From Armatimonadota bacterium (GTDB lineage Bacteria; Armatimonadota; Zipacnadia; Zipacnadales; UBA5352): a stretch of DNA of 33,027 nucleotides. Position 1 is the stretch's first letter. Each line of letters begins with the position of its first letter. The translations under genes were made by a program, and so were the position numbers. The stretch is taken from contig JAYENL010000174.1 in the NCBI GenBank assembly GCA_034722055.1, positions 1 through 33,027 on the forward strand. Direction: 5' to 3'. Below the pieces are notes generated by a model, which saw nothing but the letters and a program-made list of their open reading frames with translations, made no database searches and was not told the origin of the DNA. Positions 8,625 through 17,825 of the stretch are shown here, one piece after another.

Positions 8625-11600
8625 TCGTCATCGCTGCCGCCTGTCCGCTGGCGATATCCTGGGCCGCGACCCGCCAGTCGCCGGTCGTGTCGTTGAGCGC
8701 GAAGGGGATCGCGATCTCCGCCATGCCGCGCTCGGCGAGAACGTTGCGAGTGTAGGCCTCGCTCAATGCGCCGCCCGGCTCCCGCACCTCCACGCGTAGG
8801 ACATGGTCGCCAGGCGTCGGCGCAGTTGTGCGGACCGAGAGGGTCGCGACCCACCGCCGTCCCCGCGCCGCCTGCTCGGGCCCCTCGATCTCAACGCCCT
8901 CGACACGATACGGCAGCAGCGCATACAGCGCGGTCTCGCCCGGCGCGAGGTCCGCCGTGATGCTGGCCGTGCGCCCCAGCGGCTCGCCTGTGCGCACCTC
9001 GTAGACCTCGGCCTCCGCCGGCAGCGTCAGCGTCATCGGTCCATCGCTGAGCTCAAAGCGCCGCTCGCGCAGCACACCCAGCAGCCTCACCGGCCGGCGC
9101 TCCAACGCCACGAGCTCGTACTCGCCCGGCTCACCGGGCGCGTGGCCGAAGTGCGCGATCCTCGGCAAGTTGGCGAGGACATCGGCCTCCAGCCACGCCA
9201 GCATCTCGTTGGCGCGAGTCGCCACGAAGTTGAGGTAGTAGGCGCGCCCGCCGCCCTCGTGGTCCTTGCGGATGATCAGCGGCTCCCCGTCCGCCGCCGC
9301 AACCACCTCGGCGCCGGTCACCTCGATCTGCGTGGCGCCCGCCACCTGCACGGGCGCATCAGCGCCCGGCAGCGTAACCTCGCGCTGCTCCCACGCCGGC
9401 CGGTTGGCGTAGGCCACGCCGAACAGCTCTGCAAGGGCGTCGGCGCGCGCCCCGGGCCGGCCGAACTCGTTCGTGATTCCGACGCCCATGTCCGCGATGA
9501 CCGTCCCGCCGCGAGCCAGCAGCTCTCGCGCCGCCTCCACCGTCCGCTCATCCAGCGCATAGCTCGCCGGCAGCACCAGGCAGTCGAAGTCCTCGATGGC
9601 GCCGGGCAACTGCTCGGCGCTGAGCCACTCGTACTGTCGCCCCGAGCCGGTGATCAGGCGCATCCAGGCGGCGCGCGAGAAGCCGTGCGAGCCGTAGGGA
9701 TCGGTGGGCTTGCCGCCCGCGCCGCCCGGACTGCCCTCGAAGTCCGAGAGCATCCAGCCCACGTACATGCTCGGCTGCGACCACAGCAGGGCGATCTCCG
9801 GCTGGCGGGGCTCAGCGCTCATGATCAGCTTGCCGACGCCCTCCCGCAGATCGCGAGTGACCTCCGCGTACATCGCCCCCCGCCTGGTGTGTCGCAGATC
9901 GGGGTAGAGCATGGCCCAGGAGTTGTTGCCCGCGAAGGTGGACATGGAGCCGTAGATAGTCACGCCCGAGGAGCCGTGCAGACTCGCCCACCAGGGGATG
10001 AACTCAATGTCCTCGGGGTCGAAGACATAGCCGATCCATGGCAGGTGGGGCACGGCGTCTGCCCAGAAGCGGAAGGGATCGTAGTGGTAGCGGTGCCCCG
10101 AGGGGTCCACGCCCCCGCGCACCTCGTTCATGTACTCGAAGGAGTAGTCGCTCACCTGCGCCAGCATCCAGTAATCGCGCCCCGCGAACGGATTCGGGCC
10201 GAAGGTGTTGGGGTAGGCCACCGGGATGTTCGGATCCCCCTGGCGGATGCCCGCGCGGATCAGCTCCACCGACTCCGCCCAGTGCCAGTCCATGAAGCGC
10301 CGGAACTCCACCCACGGCGCCCAGGTGTCCTGCTCCCGCACGTCGCGATACTGACAGAAGCCGGGCTCCTCGAAGCTGGCGTAGTCGGTGTCCCAGGCCT
10401 CGTTCAGCGCCTCGATGCTGTCGTAGCGGTCGCGCAGCCACTGGGTGTACCGCTCAGCGCAGAAGGGCCCGGAGCAGACCTCCTGGTCGCCCCTCACCAG
10501 CGAGGTCTCGTCGCGGAGGTAGGCGCAGATGGGCCCGTAGCCGCGCTGCTCGGTGGCAATCTCACCGGCGCGCTGCACGATCTCCGCGCGCACCTCCGGG
10601 TCGGAGAAGCATGGCTCGCGCACGGTGCCCTCGCCGGTGAAGGGGCCCGTGCCCGGCAGCGGGTAGCCGTAGCCCACCGGCCAGACACGCCCCGCGACGC
10701 TGGCGAGCATGGCGCCGGTGCCCACGAGCTGGGAGTTGATCCCGGTGGCGCGAAGCTGCTCGCAGAAGCTCATGTCCAGATACGGCGGCATAGCGTTGCC
10801 CGAGCCCCACGTGCTCATCCGCCAGTCGGCGAAGTAGTCCCAGGGAGCCATGGGGATGAGCAGCGGCGCGCGGGCGACGTCGCACATGCGCTCGGCGTCC
10901 CGCAGCTCAGCGACCAGCCAGTGGCAGGTGGTAAGCGGCTCGCCGATGGGCACGGACAGCTCCACCTCATCGCCCGCCACCGGGACCTCTGTCCGCCAGA
11001 CCTCGCGTCCGAAGGCGTCCATCAGACTGGCGCGCAGGCGCAGGTCCTCCATCTGCCTGGCATCAACCGCGACGCTCGCCAGCGCTTCCTCCCCCGACGC
11101 GTACCACTCGCGGTCGAGCGAGACCGAGGTGATGCGCGTCTCCGTCGGCGACTGCGCCAGCGTGCACGCGAAGTCGATGACGCGGCCCTCGTCATTGCGC
11201 AGGATGGCCGCGCAGAAGGCCGGCCCCGCCTCCATGGCCGGGAGCTCAAGCCCGGTGCTGCGATCGTTCTCGAGGATTGTCAGACCGCTCTCACTCCAGA
11301 TGGTCCACTCCGGGGCGCCGTCGGCCCCTCCTCCCGTGGCGGTGACCGTGGCGCCATCGGCCGTGACGGTCAGCGGCGTCTGCGGCTCCTCGCTGGCCGC
11401 CCACACGACGCTGCGTGCGAGCGTCGCCAGGAAGGCCTCCCAGTAGTTGTGCGGCATCCGCATGTGCTGGGCGTAAGAGACCTGCGGGGTCAGGCAGCGG
11501 CAGCGTGTGCCCCACTGAATGCTCGCCACGCGCCCGCCCTCGGCCCTCTCCACCACCTGCAGGGACTCGAACAGCGCGGTCTCGAGGTCCTCCGGCGGCT

Positions 11601-12657
11601 CGGGGAAGGCATCCAGCGCCTCGGCCACGTAGTGATCCTCTGGAGCATCGGACAGCTCCAGGCCCGGCAGGGCCGGCTCCATCCCCGGCCAGCCGACCAG
11701 CACCAGGCCGCCGCCGCGCGCCACATGCCGCTGCAGCGGCTCGGAGAGCTGCTCGCCGATCCGGGTGGCGACGATCACCACGTCGTACTCCCCGTCGCGG
11801 AACTTGCGGCGCACCTCCCGGTCGTTGAGGGCGTAGAGCAGACCGCTGAAGCCGTGGCCGAAGGCCAGGTCGTAGTCCATCTCCAGCCGCTGAGCCAGCT
11901 CCTGGGCCTCGCGGATGTTGTGGTCGTTGCCCAGCAGAAACAGCACCGACAGCGGCCCGCCGGCGCGGGGATTGGCCCACGCGATGTGCGCCGTCTCGAC
12001 CTGCCGTTCCACCGGCTCCAGCATGGGGTGGATCCACGAGCTCACCGGGCCGACGTAGAGGTCCTCGCCGGTCATGCGCGCGACGCTCACGTCGTCGAGC
12101 CAGCAGACATCCTCCGGGCCCTGATCCTGGCCGGTGAGCATGACCACCACGAAGTCGGCGCCCTGCGGGGGCTGAACCACCAGCTCGAGCTGATGCCACC
12201 CGCCGGCGGTCGCGCGGCCCCCCAGCTCCGTGTGCTGCATGGCGCTGGTGGCCCAGGAGCCGTCAGCCTTCTTCCAGCGCGCGGCCAGCCGCACCGTGGA
12301 GGCGGGGTCGTTGGTGCGGCCCCATGCGCGCAGGACGTATACCTCCCCCTGCTCCACCGGCACCTGCTGCATGATCACCACTGGCCCTCTGGCGCTGCGC
12401 ACCGAGACCGAGCGGCTTCCCGAGCGGGCGGCGTTCGCTGTCCAGGTCATGACCGCGTCCGAGGCCCGGGCGGTGCTGCCGTACCACACGCTCCAGCCCG
12501 GCGGCGCGCCCTCCTGCTCCCAGTCCGGCGAGGGCTCGCCGACGGTCTCGCCCTCGGTCTGCTCGAAGCCCGGATTGACCAGCTCGATCGGCTCTTCGGC
12601 CAGGGCAGCCGCCGAGACGATCAGGGCCAGTACGCTCACGAGCTGTCTTCGCCACAT
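8605..12657 (-). CDS. Secreted modular beta-galactosidase-like (GH42/clan GH-A-like) protein with N-terminal CBM4/9-like domain and trimerisation-type domain
   Basis: SD GGAGG and signal peptide. LVNPGFE...DVCWLDDVSV (galactose-binding-like CBM). GH42-like PCFSDP, YLRDE, QWLRDRYDSIEALNEAWDTDYASFEE and WVEFRRF. Trimerisation-like EIALLWSQPS and DCLVLPASYAL...LARGGTVIAD. Confidence 0.75.
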   Translation of the reverse strand: MWRRQLVSVLALIVSAAALAEEPIELVNPGFEQTEGETVGEPSPDWEQEGAPPGWSVWYGSTARASDAVMTWTANAARSGSRSVSVRSARGPVVIMQQVPVEQGEVYVLRAWGRTNDPASTVRLAARWKKADGSWATSAMQHTELGGRATAGGWHQLELVVQPPQGADFVVVMLTGQDQGPEDVCWLDDVSVARMTGEDLYVGPVSSWIHPMLEPVERQVETAHIAWANPRAGGPLSVLFLLGNDHNIREAQELAQRLEMDYDLAFGHGFSGLLYALNDREVRRKFRDGEYDVVIVATRIGEQLSEPLQRHVARGGGLVLVGWPGMEPALPGLELSDAPEDHYVAEALDAFPEPPEDLETALFESLQVVERAEGGRVASIQWGTRCRCLTPQVSYAQHMRMPHNYWEAFLATLARSVVWAASEEPQTPLTVTADGATVTATGGGADGAPEWTIWSESGLTILENDRSTGLELPAMEAGPAFCAAILRNDEGRVIDFACTLAQSPTETRITSVSLDREWYASGEEALASVAVDARQMEDLRLRASLMDAFGREVWRTEVPVAGDEVELSVPIGEPLTTCHWLVAELRDAERMCDVARAPLLIPMAPWDYFADWRMSTWGSGNAMPPYLDMSFCEQLRATGINSQLVGTGAMLASVAGRVWPVGYGYPLPGTGPFTGEGTVREPCFSDPEVRAEIVQRAGEIATEQRGYGPICAYLRDETSLVRGDQEVCSGPFCAERYTQWLRDRYDSIEALNEAWDTDYASFEEPGFCQYRDVREQDTWAPWVEFRRFMDWHWAESVELIRAGIRQGDPNIPVAYPNTFGPNPFAGRDYWMLAQVSDYSFEYMNEVRGGVDPSGHRYHYDPFRFWADAVPHLPWIGYVFDPEDIEFIPWWASLHGSSGVTIYGSMSTFAGNNSWAMLYPDLRHTRRGAMYAEVTRDLREGVGKLIMSAEPRQPEIALLWSQPSMYVGWMLSDFEGSPGGAGGKPTDPYGSHGFSRAAWMRLITGSGRQYEWLSAEQLPGAIEDFDCLVLPASYALDERTVEAARELLARGGTVIADMGVGITNEFGRPGARADALAELFGVAYANRPAWEQREVTLPGADAPVQVAGATQIEVTGAEVVAAADGEPLIIRKDHEGGGRAYYLNFVATRANEMLAWLEADVLANLPRIAHFGHAPGEPGEYELVALERRPVRLLGVLRERRFELSDGPMTLTLPAEAEVYEVRTGEPLGRTASITADLAPGETALYALLPYRVEGVEIEGPEQAARGRRWVATLSVRTTAPTPGDHVLRVEVREPGGALSEAYTRNVLAERGMAEIAIPFALNDTTGDWRVAAQDIASGQAAAMTITLTPR

Positions 12658-12726
12658 CAGGATCCCTCCAGGGCCGACCTGCCTTCACCCGCATCGTGGC
12701 GAGCGGCGATTGTCGGGCCGTTTGCC

Positions 12727-12839
12727 GTACGGAGGGGCCGTCTGAGGCTCCAGGCCGTTTGCTGGAGCCGAAGCCGGCCCAGCCGTGTCCCGCGGGCTTC
12801 GCGCGCTCCTGCGGAGCGCCCTCAGGCGGCCCCTCCACG
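12727..12839. repeat. Structured inverted-repeat element (multibranch stem-loop, REP/MITE-like)
   Basis: 17-bp arms GGAGGGGCCGTCTGAGG (12731-12747) and CCTCAGGCGGCCCCTCC (12820-12836) with one non-Watson-Crick pair. They enclose three hairpins: 12748-12767, 12769-12801 and 12803-12819. Confidence 0.75.
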
Positions 12840-12904
12840 AACACCGCCGGCGTCAATACAGACGATAGGCATGGACTTGCATGCAGCCCGGACCGGAAGG
12901 GACA

Positions 12905-12930
12905 GGCCGACTGCGCGCATCGACTCCTAC
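12905..12930 (-). repeat. GTAG-type REP-like imperfect palindrome
   Basis: Minus strand reads GTAG-GA-GTCGATGCGCGCAGTCGGCC and starts 15 nt after the stop codon of the 721-aa gene. Confidence 0.45.
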
Positions 12931-12945
12931 CCCGTCCCAGCGACA

Positions 12946-15111
12946 TCAATCCAGCGGCCGCAGCAGCCACCGCTTCACGCTGATGATCTCGTCCTCGGCC
13001 CTCTCCCCGCGGCCGACGACGCGGACCGTCACCTCGTGGGCCCCCTCATCAAGCTCCACCTCTCCGAATGAGACGATCTCGCCCCGCTTATCCACGCCCG
13101 TCCACCAGGCGTCGAACTCGTCCCCGACCCTCTCCCCGTCCACCAGCACCTCCACGATGCCGTAGACGTAGGCCAGGACGAAGTGGCCGAGCAGCTCGTA
13201 CCTCCCGGCCGGCACCTCCGGCAGCGTGAAGGTGATCCAGTCGCCGGGGTCGGCGCCGCCCAGAAGCTGCGAGCCCAGGCCGTCGAGGCGCTTGGTGTAG
13301 CAGCCCTCGGCGATCTCCACGGGCAGCTCCCTGGCGTCAAACTCCAGGCCCTGGAAGGGCTCCGGCGGCTGATGCTCCAGCGCGACGGTGTGCTCATCGG
13401 TCTCCTCGAAGGGCATCACCAGCACCAGCTTGGCGTGGCTGAGGGAGGAGTGGCCGTCCTTGGTGTACGGGTTATGCTGCCGCGCGGGCCACAGCAGCGA
13501 GCAGCCCTCGGGGACAGTGACCTTCAGGTCGCTGTAGATGAGCCACTCGCCGATGCGGTCGGGGCCGATCTCCATGGGCTCATCGCCGAGGCGCAACTGC
13601 TCCCCGGAGGCGAGCTGAAGCTGGCTGCCGCGCATCATCAGCGGCAGGTGCCCCTCCACCTGCTTCCCCGGCTCCGCGCGGTAGCTCAGCAGCAGGCGGT
13701 CGCCGTCCGGGCGGACCTCCACCGAGCACTCGACGTCCCTGTAGCGCGCGTCCAGGCGCGTGCCCTCATCGTCCCGGCTGGCCGCGGCCTGAGTGGGCAC
13801 CCACAGCAGGTCGATGTCCGGCGTGAAGTCCGGGCTCTCATCGCCCGGGGTGTGAGACAGCAACGTGGGATCGCCGACCGTGAAGGTGGACCAGTAGGGC
13901 TGCAGCTTGGTGTTGCCACCGCCCGCGACCATCTCAAGCTCTGAGTGGAAGACGTCCACGAGATTGTGGCGGTCCTGAATCCAGCGGCTGTCGGAAACCT
14001 CCGCGGTGTAGGCCGACAGCGCCCAGCTCCAGGGCTCCCCGCGCCGGATGAGGGCGTCGTCCTCGCCGAGAACGATGACGCCGCCCTCGCCCAGGTCCTC
14101 GGGCATGACCACCTCGCCGTCCCCGGCGGCGAGGATCATCGACGCGGCGCTGTCGCCGTCCATGAGCCTCTCGTCCTCGCCGACGTAGCGCTCAAGCTGC
14201 GCCAGCATGTAGCCCCGGCCCACCGGGGTGTGGGTGAAGCCCACGTCGCCCACGCGCACGCCGCCGTGGTAGATCTGGCGCTCGTCGATGGCCGCCACGG
14301 CGCTGCCGTCGGGCCACAGGATGGAGGCGTGGAACCTCGCCGCCCGCTCCAGCGCGTCGAGCACCACCGGGTCCTGCGAGTGGTGGAAGTAGATGCCCAT
14401 GGCATCGATGTACACGCAGTTGTAGCCCACCACCGGACCGGAGTGCTCCGACCAGAAGCCCACCGGGTCCTGCTCGCCGACGGCCTTCGCCATGAATTGC
14501 CGGGCCCGGTCCTTCCAGTCCTGCTCGCCGAAGCACTCGCCGGCGATGTACAGGGCCATGGCGCGATGCGTGGGGATATTGTGGACCCCACTGTCCGGGA
14601 AGTACTGCGCCATGACCTTGAAGCCCAGCAGCAGCCCCTCCTTCCACCGCTCGCGCGACTCCTCAGGCAGGGCGTCGCCGACGAGCTGGTAGGCGCGAAC
14701 CCAGCGGCTGTAGGTCCAGGGCATGTGAATCTGGCCCCAGTAGGAGCCGTCCTTCTTGTCGAACCGCCACCTGCCCTGCTCGTCCTGCGCATCCACCAGG
14801 GCCTCACCGCCTCCGGCGATGGCGGTCAGTACCTCCTCATCGTGGTAGTAGGGGTTGTCGGGGTGCTCCAGGCTCCAGGCCACCGCCAGGGGGAAGATGC
14901 GGTTCTGGTCCCGGCACACCCAGGGCTCAGTGCCGAAGCGGCCCGTCTCGGGGTGATACGCCTCCAGGTGAGCGGGAATGTCATCGACCAGGCTTGCGAC
15001 GAAGTAGTCCATGGGCGGCCACTCCGTGAAGTCATAGTCCGCTGCGGCGTGAGACGCGACCGCCGCAGTCGCGATCATCATTGCGGTGAGGACAGCTCGA
15101 AGGTGCGACAT
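12946..15111 (-). CDS. Secreted putative polysaccharide lyase-like (heparinase/alpha-toroid-like) protein with C-terminal CBM6/35-like domain
   Basis: SD GGAGG and signal peptide ending ASHA-A. Helical N-terminal region with VHNIPTH and GFWSEHSGPVVGYN, recalling the N/H/Y lyase motif. C-terminal GDWITFTLPEVPAGRYEL...VEVLVDG...GEVELDEGAHEVTVRVVG. Confidence 0.55.
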   Translation of the reverse strand: MSHLRAVLTAMMIATAAVASHAAADYDFTEWPPMDYFVASLVDDIPAHLEAYHPETGRFGTEPWVCRDQNRIFPLAVAWSLEHPDNPYYHDEEVLTAIAGGGEALVDAQDEQGRWRFDKKDGSYWGQIHMPWTYSRWVRAYQLVGDALPEESRERWKEGLLLGFKVMAQYFPDSGVHNIPTHRAMALYIAGECFGEQDWKDRARQFMAKAVGEQDPVGFWSEHSGPVVGYNCVYIDAMGIYFHHSQDPVVLDALERAARFHASILWPDGSAVAAIDERQIYHGGVRVGDVGFTHTPVGRGYMLAQLERYVGEDERLMDGDSAASMILAAGDGEVVMPEDLGEGGVIVLGEDDALIRRGEPWSWALSAYTAEVSDSRWIQDRHNLVDVFHSELEMVAGGGNTKLQPYWSTFTVGDPTLLSHTPGDESPDFTPDIDLLWVPTQAAASRDDEGTRLDARYRDVECSVEVRPDGDRLLLSYRAEPGKQVEGHLPLMMRGSQLQLASGEQLRLGDEPMEIGPDRIGEWLIYSDLKVTVPEGCSLLWPARQHNPYTKDGHSSLSHAKLVLVMPFEETDEHTVALEHQPPEPFQGLEFDARELPVEIAEGCYTKRLDGLGSQLLGGADPGDWITFTLPEVPAGRYELLGHFVLAYVYGIVEVLVDGERVGDEFDAWWTGVDKRGEIVSFGEVELDEGAHEVTVRVVGRGERAEDEIISVKRWLLRPLD

Positions 15112-15321
15112 GATTCCCTCCAGGCCCGTCGGCTCTACGTGCTTCCGTTAGTGGATGTGCGGGATTTCGCCGGTCTGGGCGCGGGGTCCTCGTCATGGAA
15201 CCGATCGGCGCCGGATTCCATCAGAGAAAGAGGACGTGTCCACTGGGGCCTGCGTGTCGGCCCGGGAGGCGATCCGGCTGCCAATGGTAGACGAAATAAG
15301 GGCGTCCGAGACACAGTATCA

Positions 15322-15350
15322 TTGACGACGCTAGCGGGAAATCATAGAAT
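15322..15350 (+). promoter_or_regulatory. Sigma70-type promoter for the ABC/MoxR/vWA operon
   Basis: TTGACG (15322-15327), 17-bp spacer, TAGAAT (15345-15350). Each hexamer matches consensus 5/6 in otherwise GC-rich DNA. Confidence 0.8.
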
Positions 15351-15388
15351 TGAAGGACCATTACCGCCGTGCACCGGGGGGTGCTGCC

Positions 15389-17815
15389 GTGCGTCAGGTG
15401 CCCCGGCACAGCCTGCTCGTGGCCCTGTCGATCCTCGCCCTGCCTCTCTGCTCTCCGGCTCAGGAGGTCAGTTGGCATGCTGAGGCGGGCTTCGGCGGGG
15501 GCTGCCATCGTGGCTGCTGGACGCCAGTGCGGGTGGAGCTGCGCAACCCCGGTCCGTCCCGCTCCGGCCGCATCTACATGCCTCTTGGGCGCAACATGCC
15601 GAACCTCGCCCCGCATCGCTACTCGGTCCCCGTGGAGCTGCCCAGCGGCGCGCAGAAGGCCTACACCATCTACTTCCCCGACCCCGACAGCCTCCGGCGT
15701 GTGGTGCTGGAGGTAGGCGGCGGCGCGGCCGCTGAGGGCGTCCAGCCTCCCAGGCGGCTCTCGGACGATGACGTGTCCATGGTCGTCATCGGCGACCAGC
15801 CCTCGCTCCTGGCCTTTCTGCAGGGAGCGCCGGCGTTGGAGCTGCCGTCGGATGATTCCGATGTCTCTCCGTCTGGCTACATGCTGATTGCGTCAGGGTC
15901 CGGCCAGATTCACATCGGGCGCGGACAGTGGGGGCAGCTCCCCGAGGCGTGGCTGGGCTGGGACGGCGTAGACGTGGTGGTGGTGACCCAGGCCCGGCTG
16001 GACGGGGCGTCGGAGGCGGAGCTGGAGGCCCTCCGCAGATGGGTGCGCCTGGGCGGGACGCTGGTGGTCCCGGGCGGAGCCCAGGCCCCTATGCTCGCGG
16101 ATGGCCCGCTGGCGGATCTGTTGCCGATGCGCGTGTCGGGCACCCGCACCATCCAGGACCTCTCGGCGCTCGACTCCTGCTGGCACGTGCCTCCGCCCCC
16201 CCGGCGGGCGGCGCTGGTCGCTGACGGGGCGCTCCGCGAGGGCGCGCAGGTCCTGGTGGCTGAGGGCGATACGCCGCTGGTCAGTTCCATGCGCGTCGAT
16301 GGCGGGCGCGTCATCATGACCGCCTTCGACTACACGGCCGAGCCCATCCGTTACTGGGACGGGCAGATCGCGATGTGGCGGTGGCTGCTGTCCCACCGCG
16401 CCGACATGACCAGCCTGCGGTCCGGCGTGCTCGCCAGCCTCGGCCCGGCGGAGTACGACGGCAGCGCCGACTACGGCCTTGCCGCCGCGTCGGTGCACAG
16501 CCGGGCGTCGGCGCTGCCCTCGGTGTGGCTGATGCTGGGCTTCCTGGCGGCCTACATCGTGGTGCTGGTGCCGATCAACTACGCGGTCGTGGTCAGGCTG
16601 GGGCGCCGAGAGCTGGCGTGGCTGACGACCCCGGCCATCATCCTCATCTTCGTCGTCGCCGCCTACGGGACCGGTTTCGCCCTCCGCGGCCACCGCACGC
16701 TGCTCAACCGCGTGGCCATCGTGGAGAGCAGCGCTGGCCAGAGCCTGGCGCGAGCGACCAGCTACATTGGAATCTTCTCGCCCACCAAGACGCGCTATGA
16801 CCTGGAGCTGGGCGAGATCCCCGCCGGCGCTCGCGGCACCGAGGTGGGCGGGCGCGAGGGGCTGAACGTTGTCCAGGACCCCCGCTGGACGGTGCAGGGG
16901 GTTCCGGTGAACATGTGGAGCACCCGCGTGGTGCGCGCCGACCATCTGGTGGAGCTTGGCGGCGCCATCACCGGCCACTTCGTCTACGATGGCAAGACCC
17001 TGACCGCCCATGTGCGCAACGGGACGCGACTGCGCCTGGCGCGCTGCGGCATCCAGCGGGCCGGCAACCTCGGCAAGACCCAGTCGCTGCCTCCGGGCGC
17101 GGACACGACGCTCAGCTTCGCCCACCAGTCAACGATCGGCACGGCCGCGGATGACCTCAACGCCCCACTGGCCGACCGCGCCATGGGGGAGCTGTTCAGC
17201 CGCTCGGGTCGCCCCTACTACTACACTTACTCCGGGTACCCTGGCCCTCCGGGGATGGGACCGACAGCTCGCGGCGGTCCCTCACAGGAGCCCCTCCTGG
17301 TGGCGCTGTGCGAGGAGTCCCTGACTCCCGTGACGCTCGTGGGCCGACGCGCGCGGACCACCGATGCGGCGGTGCTGGTGGTGCATCTGCCCGCCCAGCT
17401 TGCGCCGGCAAACAGCATCCTGATTCCGGGCTGGCTGATGAAGCGGCGGGCCAGCGTCGCGACCGGCTCCGTGGACCTGCGCGGCGAGTGGCATGAGACG
17501 CTGGCGGGAATACAGGCCGGCGGCGCGGTGATCTTCGAGTTCGATGCGCCCACCGGCCCGGAGGGGGTGCGGGCCACCGGGATGCAGGTGAATACGGTCC
17601 TGGACTCGCCCTCCAGCCCGGCCGACGTCTCGGCCTACAACTTCCGCCGGGAGCGATGGGAGGCCATCACCGGCGCCAGCACCGTTCGGCGGCCGGGGCA
17701 GTGCATGACCGCCGACGGACGGGTGCTGATCCGCGTGGAAGCGCCCGGAGGGCCGGTGAACCAGCCGGTGAACCTACGAGACATTTCGTTGCGCGCGCGT
17801 GTTGACGCATTCTGA
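15389..17815 (+). CDS. Exported membrane protein with class I glutamine-amidotransferase-like domain (putative ABC auxiliary component)
   Basis: Start moved from the track's TTG 15350 (inside the -10 box) to GTG 15389, after SD-like GGGGGT. Signal peptide, WTPVRVELRN, LPEAWLGWDGVDVVVV...ALRRWVRLGGTLVVPGG, and a central TM hairpin (WLMLGFLAAYIVVLVPINY / LAWLTTPAIILIFVVAAYG). Confidence 0.7.
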   Translation: MRQVPRHSLLVALSILALPLCSPAQEVSWHAEAGFGGGCHRGCWTPVRVELRNPGPSRSGRIYMPLGRNMPNLAPHRYSVPVELPSGAQKAYTIYFPDPDSLRRVVLEVGGGAAAEGVQPPRRLSDDDVSMVVIGDQPSLLAFLQGAPALELPSDDSDVSPSGYMLIASGSGQIHIGRGQWGQLPEAWLGWDGVDVVVVTQARLDGASEAELEALRRWVRLGGTLVVPGGAQAPMLADGPLADLLPMRVSGTRTIQDLSALDSCWHVPPPPRRAALVADGALREGAQVLVAEGDTPLVSSMRVDGGRVIMTAFDYTAEPIRYWDGQIAMWRWLLSHRADMTSLRSGVLASLGPAEYDGSADYGLAAASVHSRASALPSVWLMLGFLAAYIVVLVPINYAVVVRLGRRELAWLTTPAIILIFVVAAYGTGFALRGHRTLLNRVAIVESSAGQSLARATSYIGIFSPTKTRYDLELGEIPAGARGTEVGGREGLNVVQDPRWTVQGVPVNMWSTRVVRADHLVELGGAITGHFVYDGKTLTAHVRNGTRLRLARCGIQRAGNLGKTQSLPPGADTTLSFAHQSTIGTAADDLNAPLADRAMGELFSRSGRPYYYTYSGYPGPPGMGPTARGGPSQEPLLVALCEESLTPVTLVGRRARTTDAAVLVVHLPAQLAPANSILIPGWLMKRRASVATGSVDLRGEWHETLAGIQAGGAVIFEFDAPTGPEGVRATGMQVNTVLDSPSSPADVSAYNFRRERWEAITGASTVRRPGQCMTADGRVLIRVEAPGGPVNQPVNLRDISLRARVDAF

Positions 17816-17825
17816 GGGAGCGGCC

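Noticed and set aside
12658..12672. Shared CCTGGAGGGA upstream of both minus-strand genes (also near 15115-15124)
   Set aside because: Explained by the Shine-Dalgarno sequence; too short to call a regulator site.
12731..12836. tRNA interpretation of the cloverleaf
   Set aside because: The closing stem is 17 bp and there is no TTC-type T-loop, 7-nt anticodon loop or D-loop GG pattern.
8803..13071. 1422-aa plus-strand ORF, and similar long antisense ORFs at 5488-8088, 23485-25983 and 26182-28542
   Set aside because: Shadow ORFs opposite well-supported genes. They are Arg/Ala/Gly/His-rich with no motifs, as expected in high-GC DNA where stops are scarce.
15350..15388. TTG start given by the ORF track for the 821-aa protein
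   Set aside because: It overlaps the -10 box and so lies before the likely transcription start. GTG 15389 has an SD-like sequence and gives a clean signal peptide.
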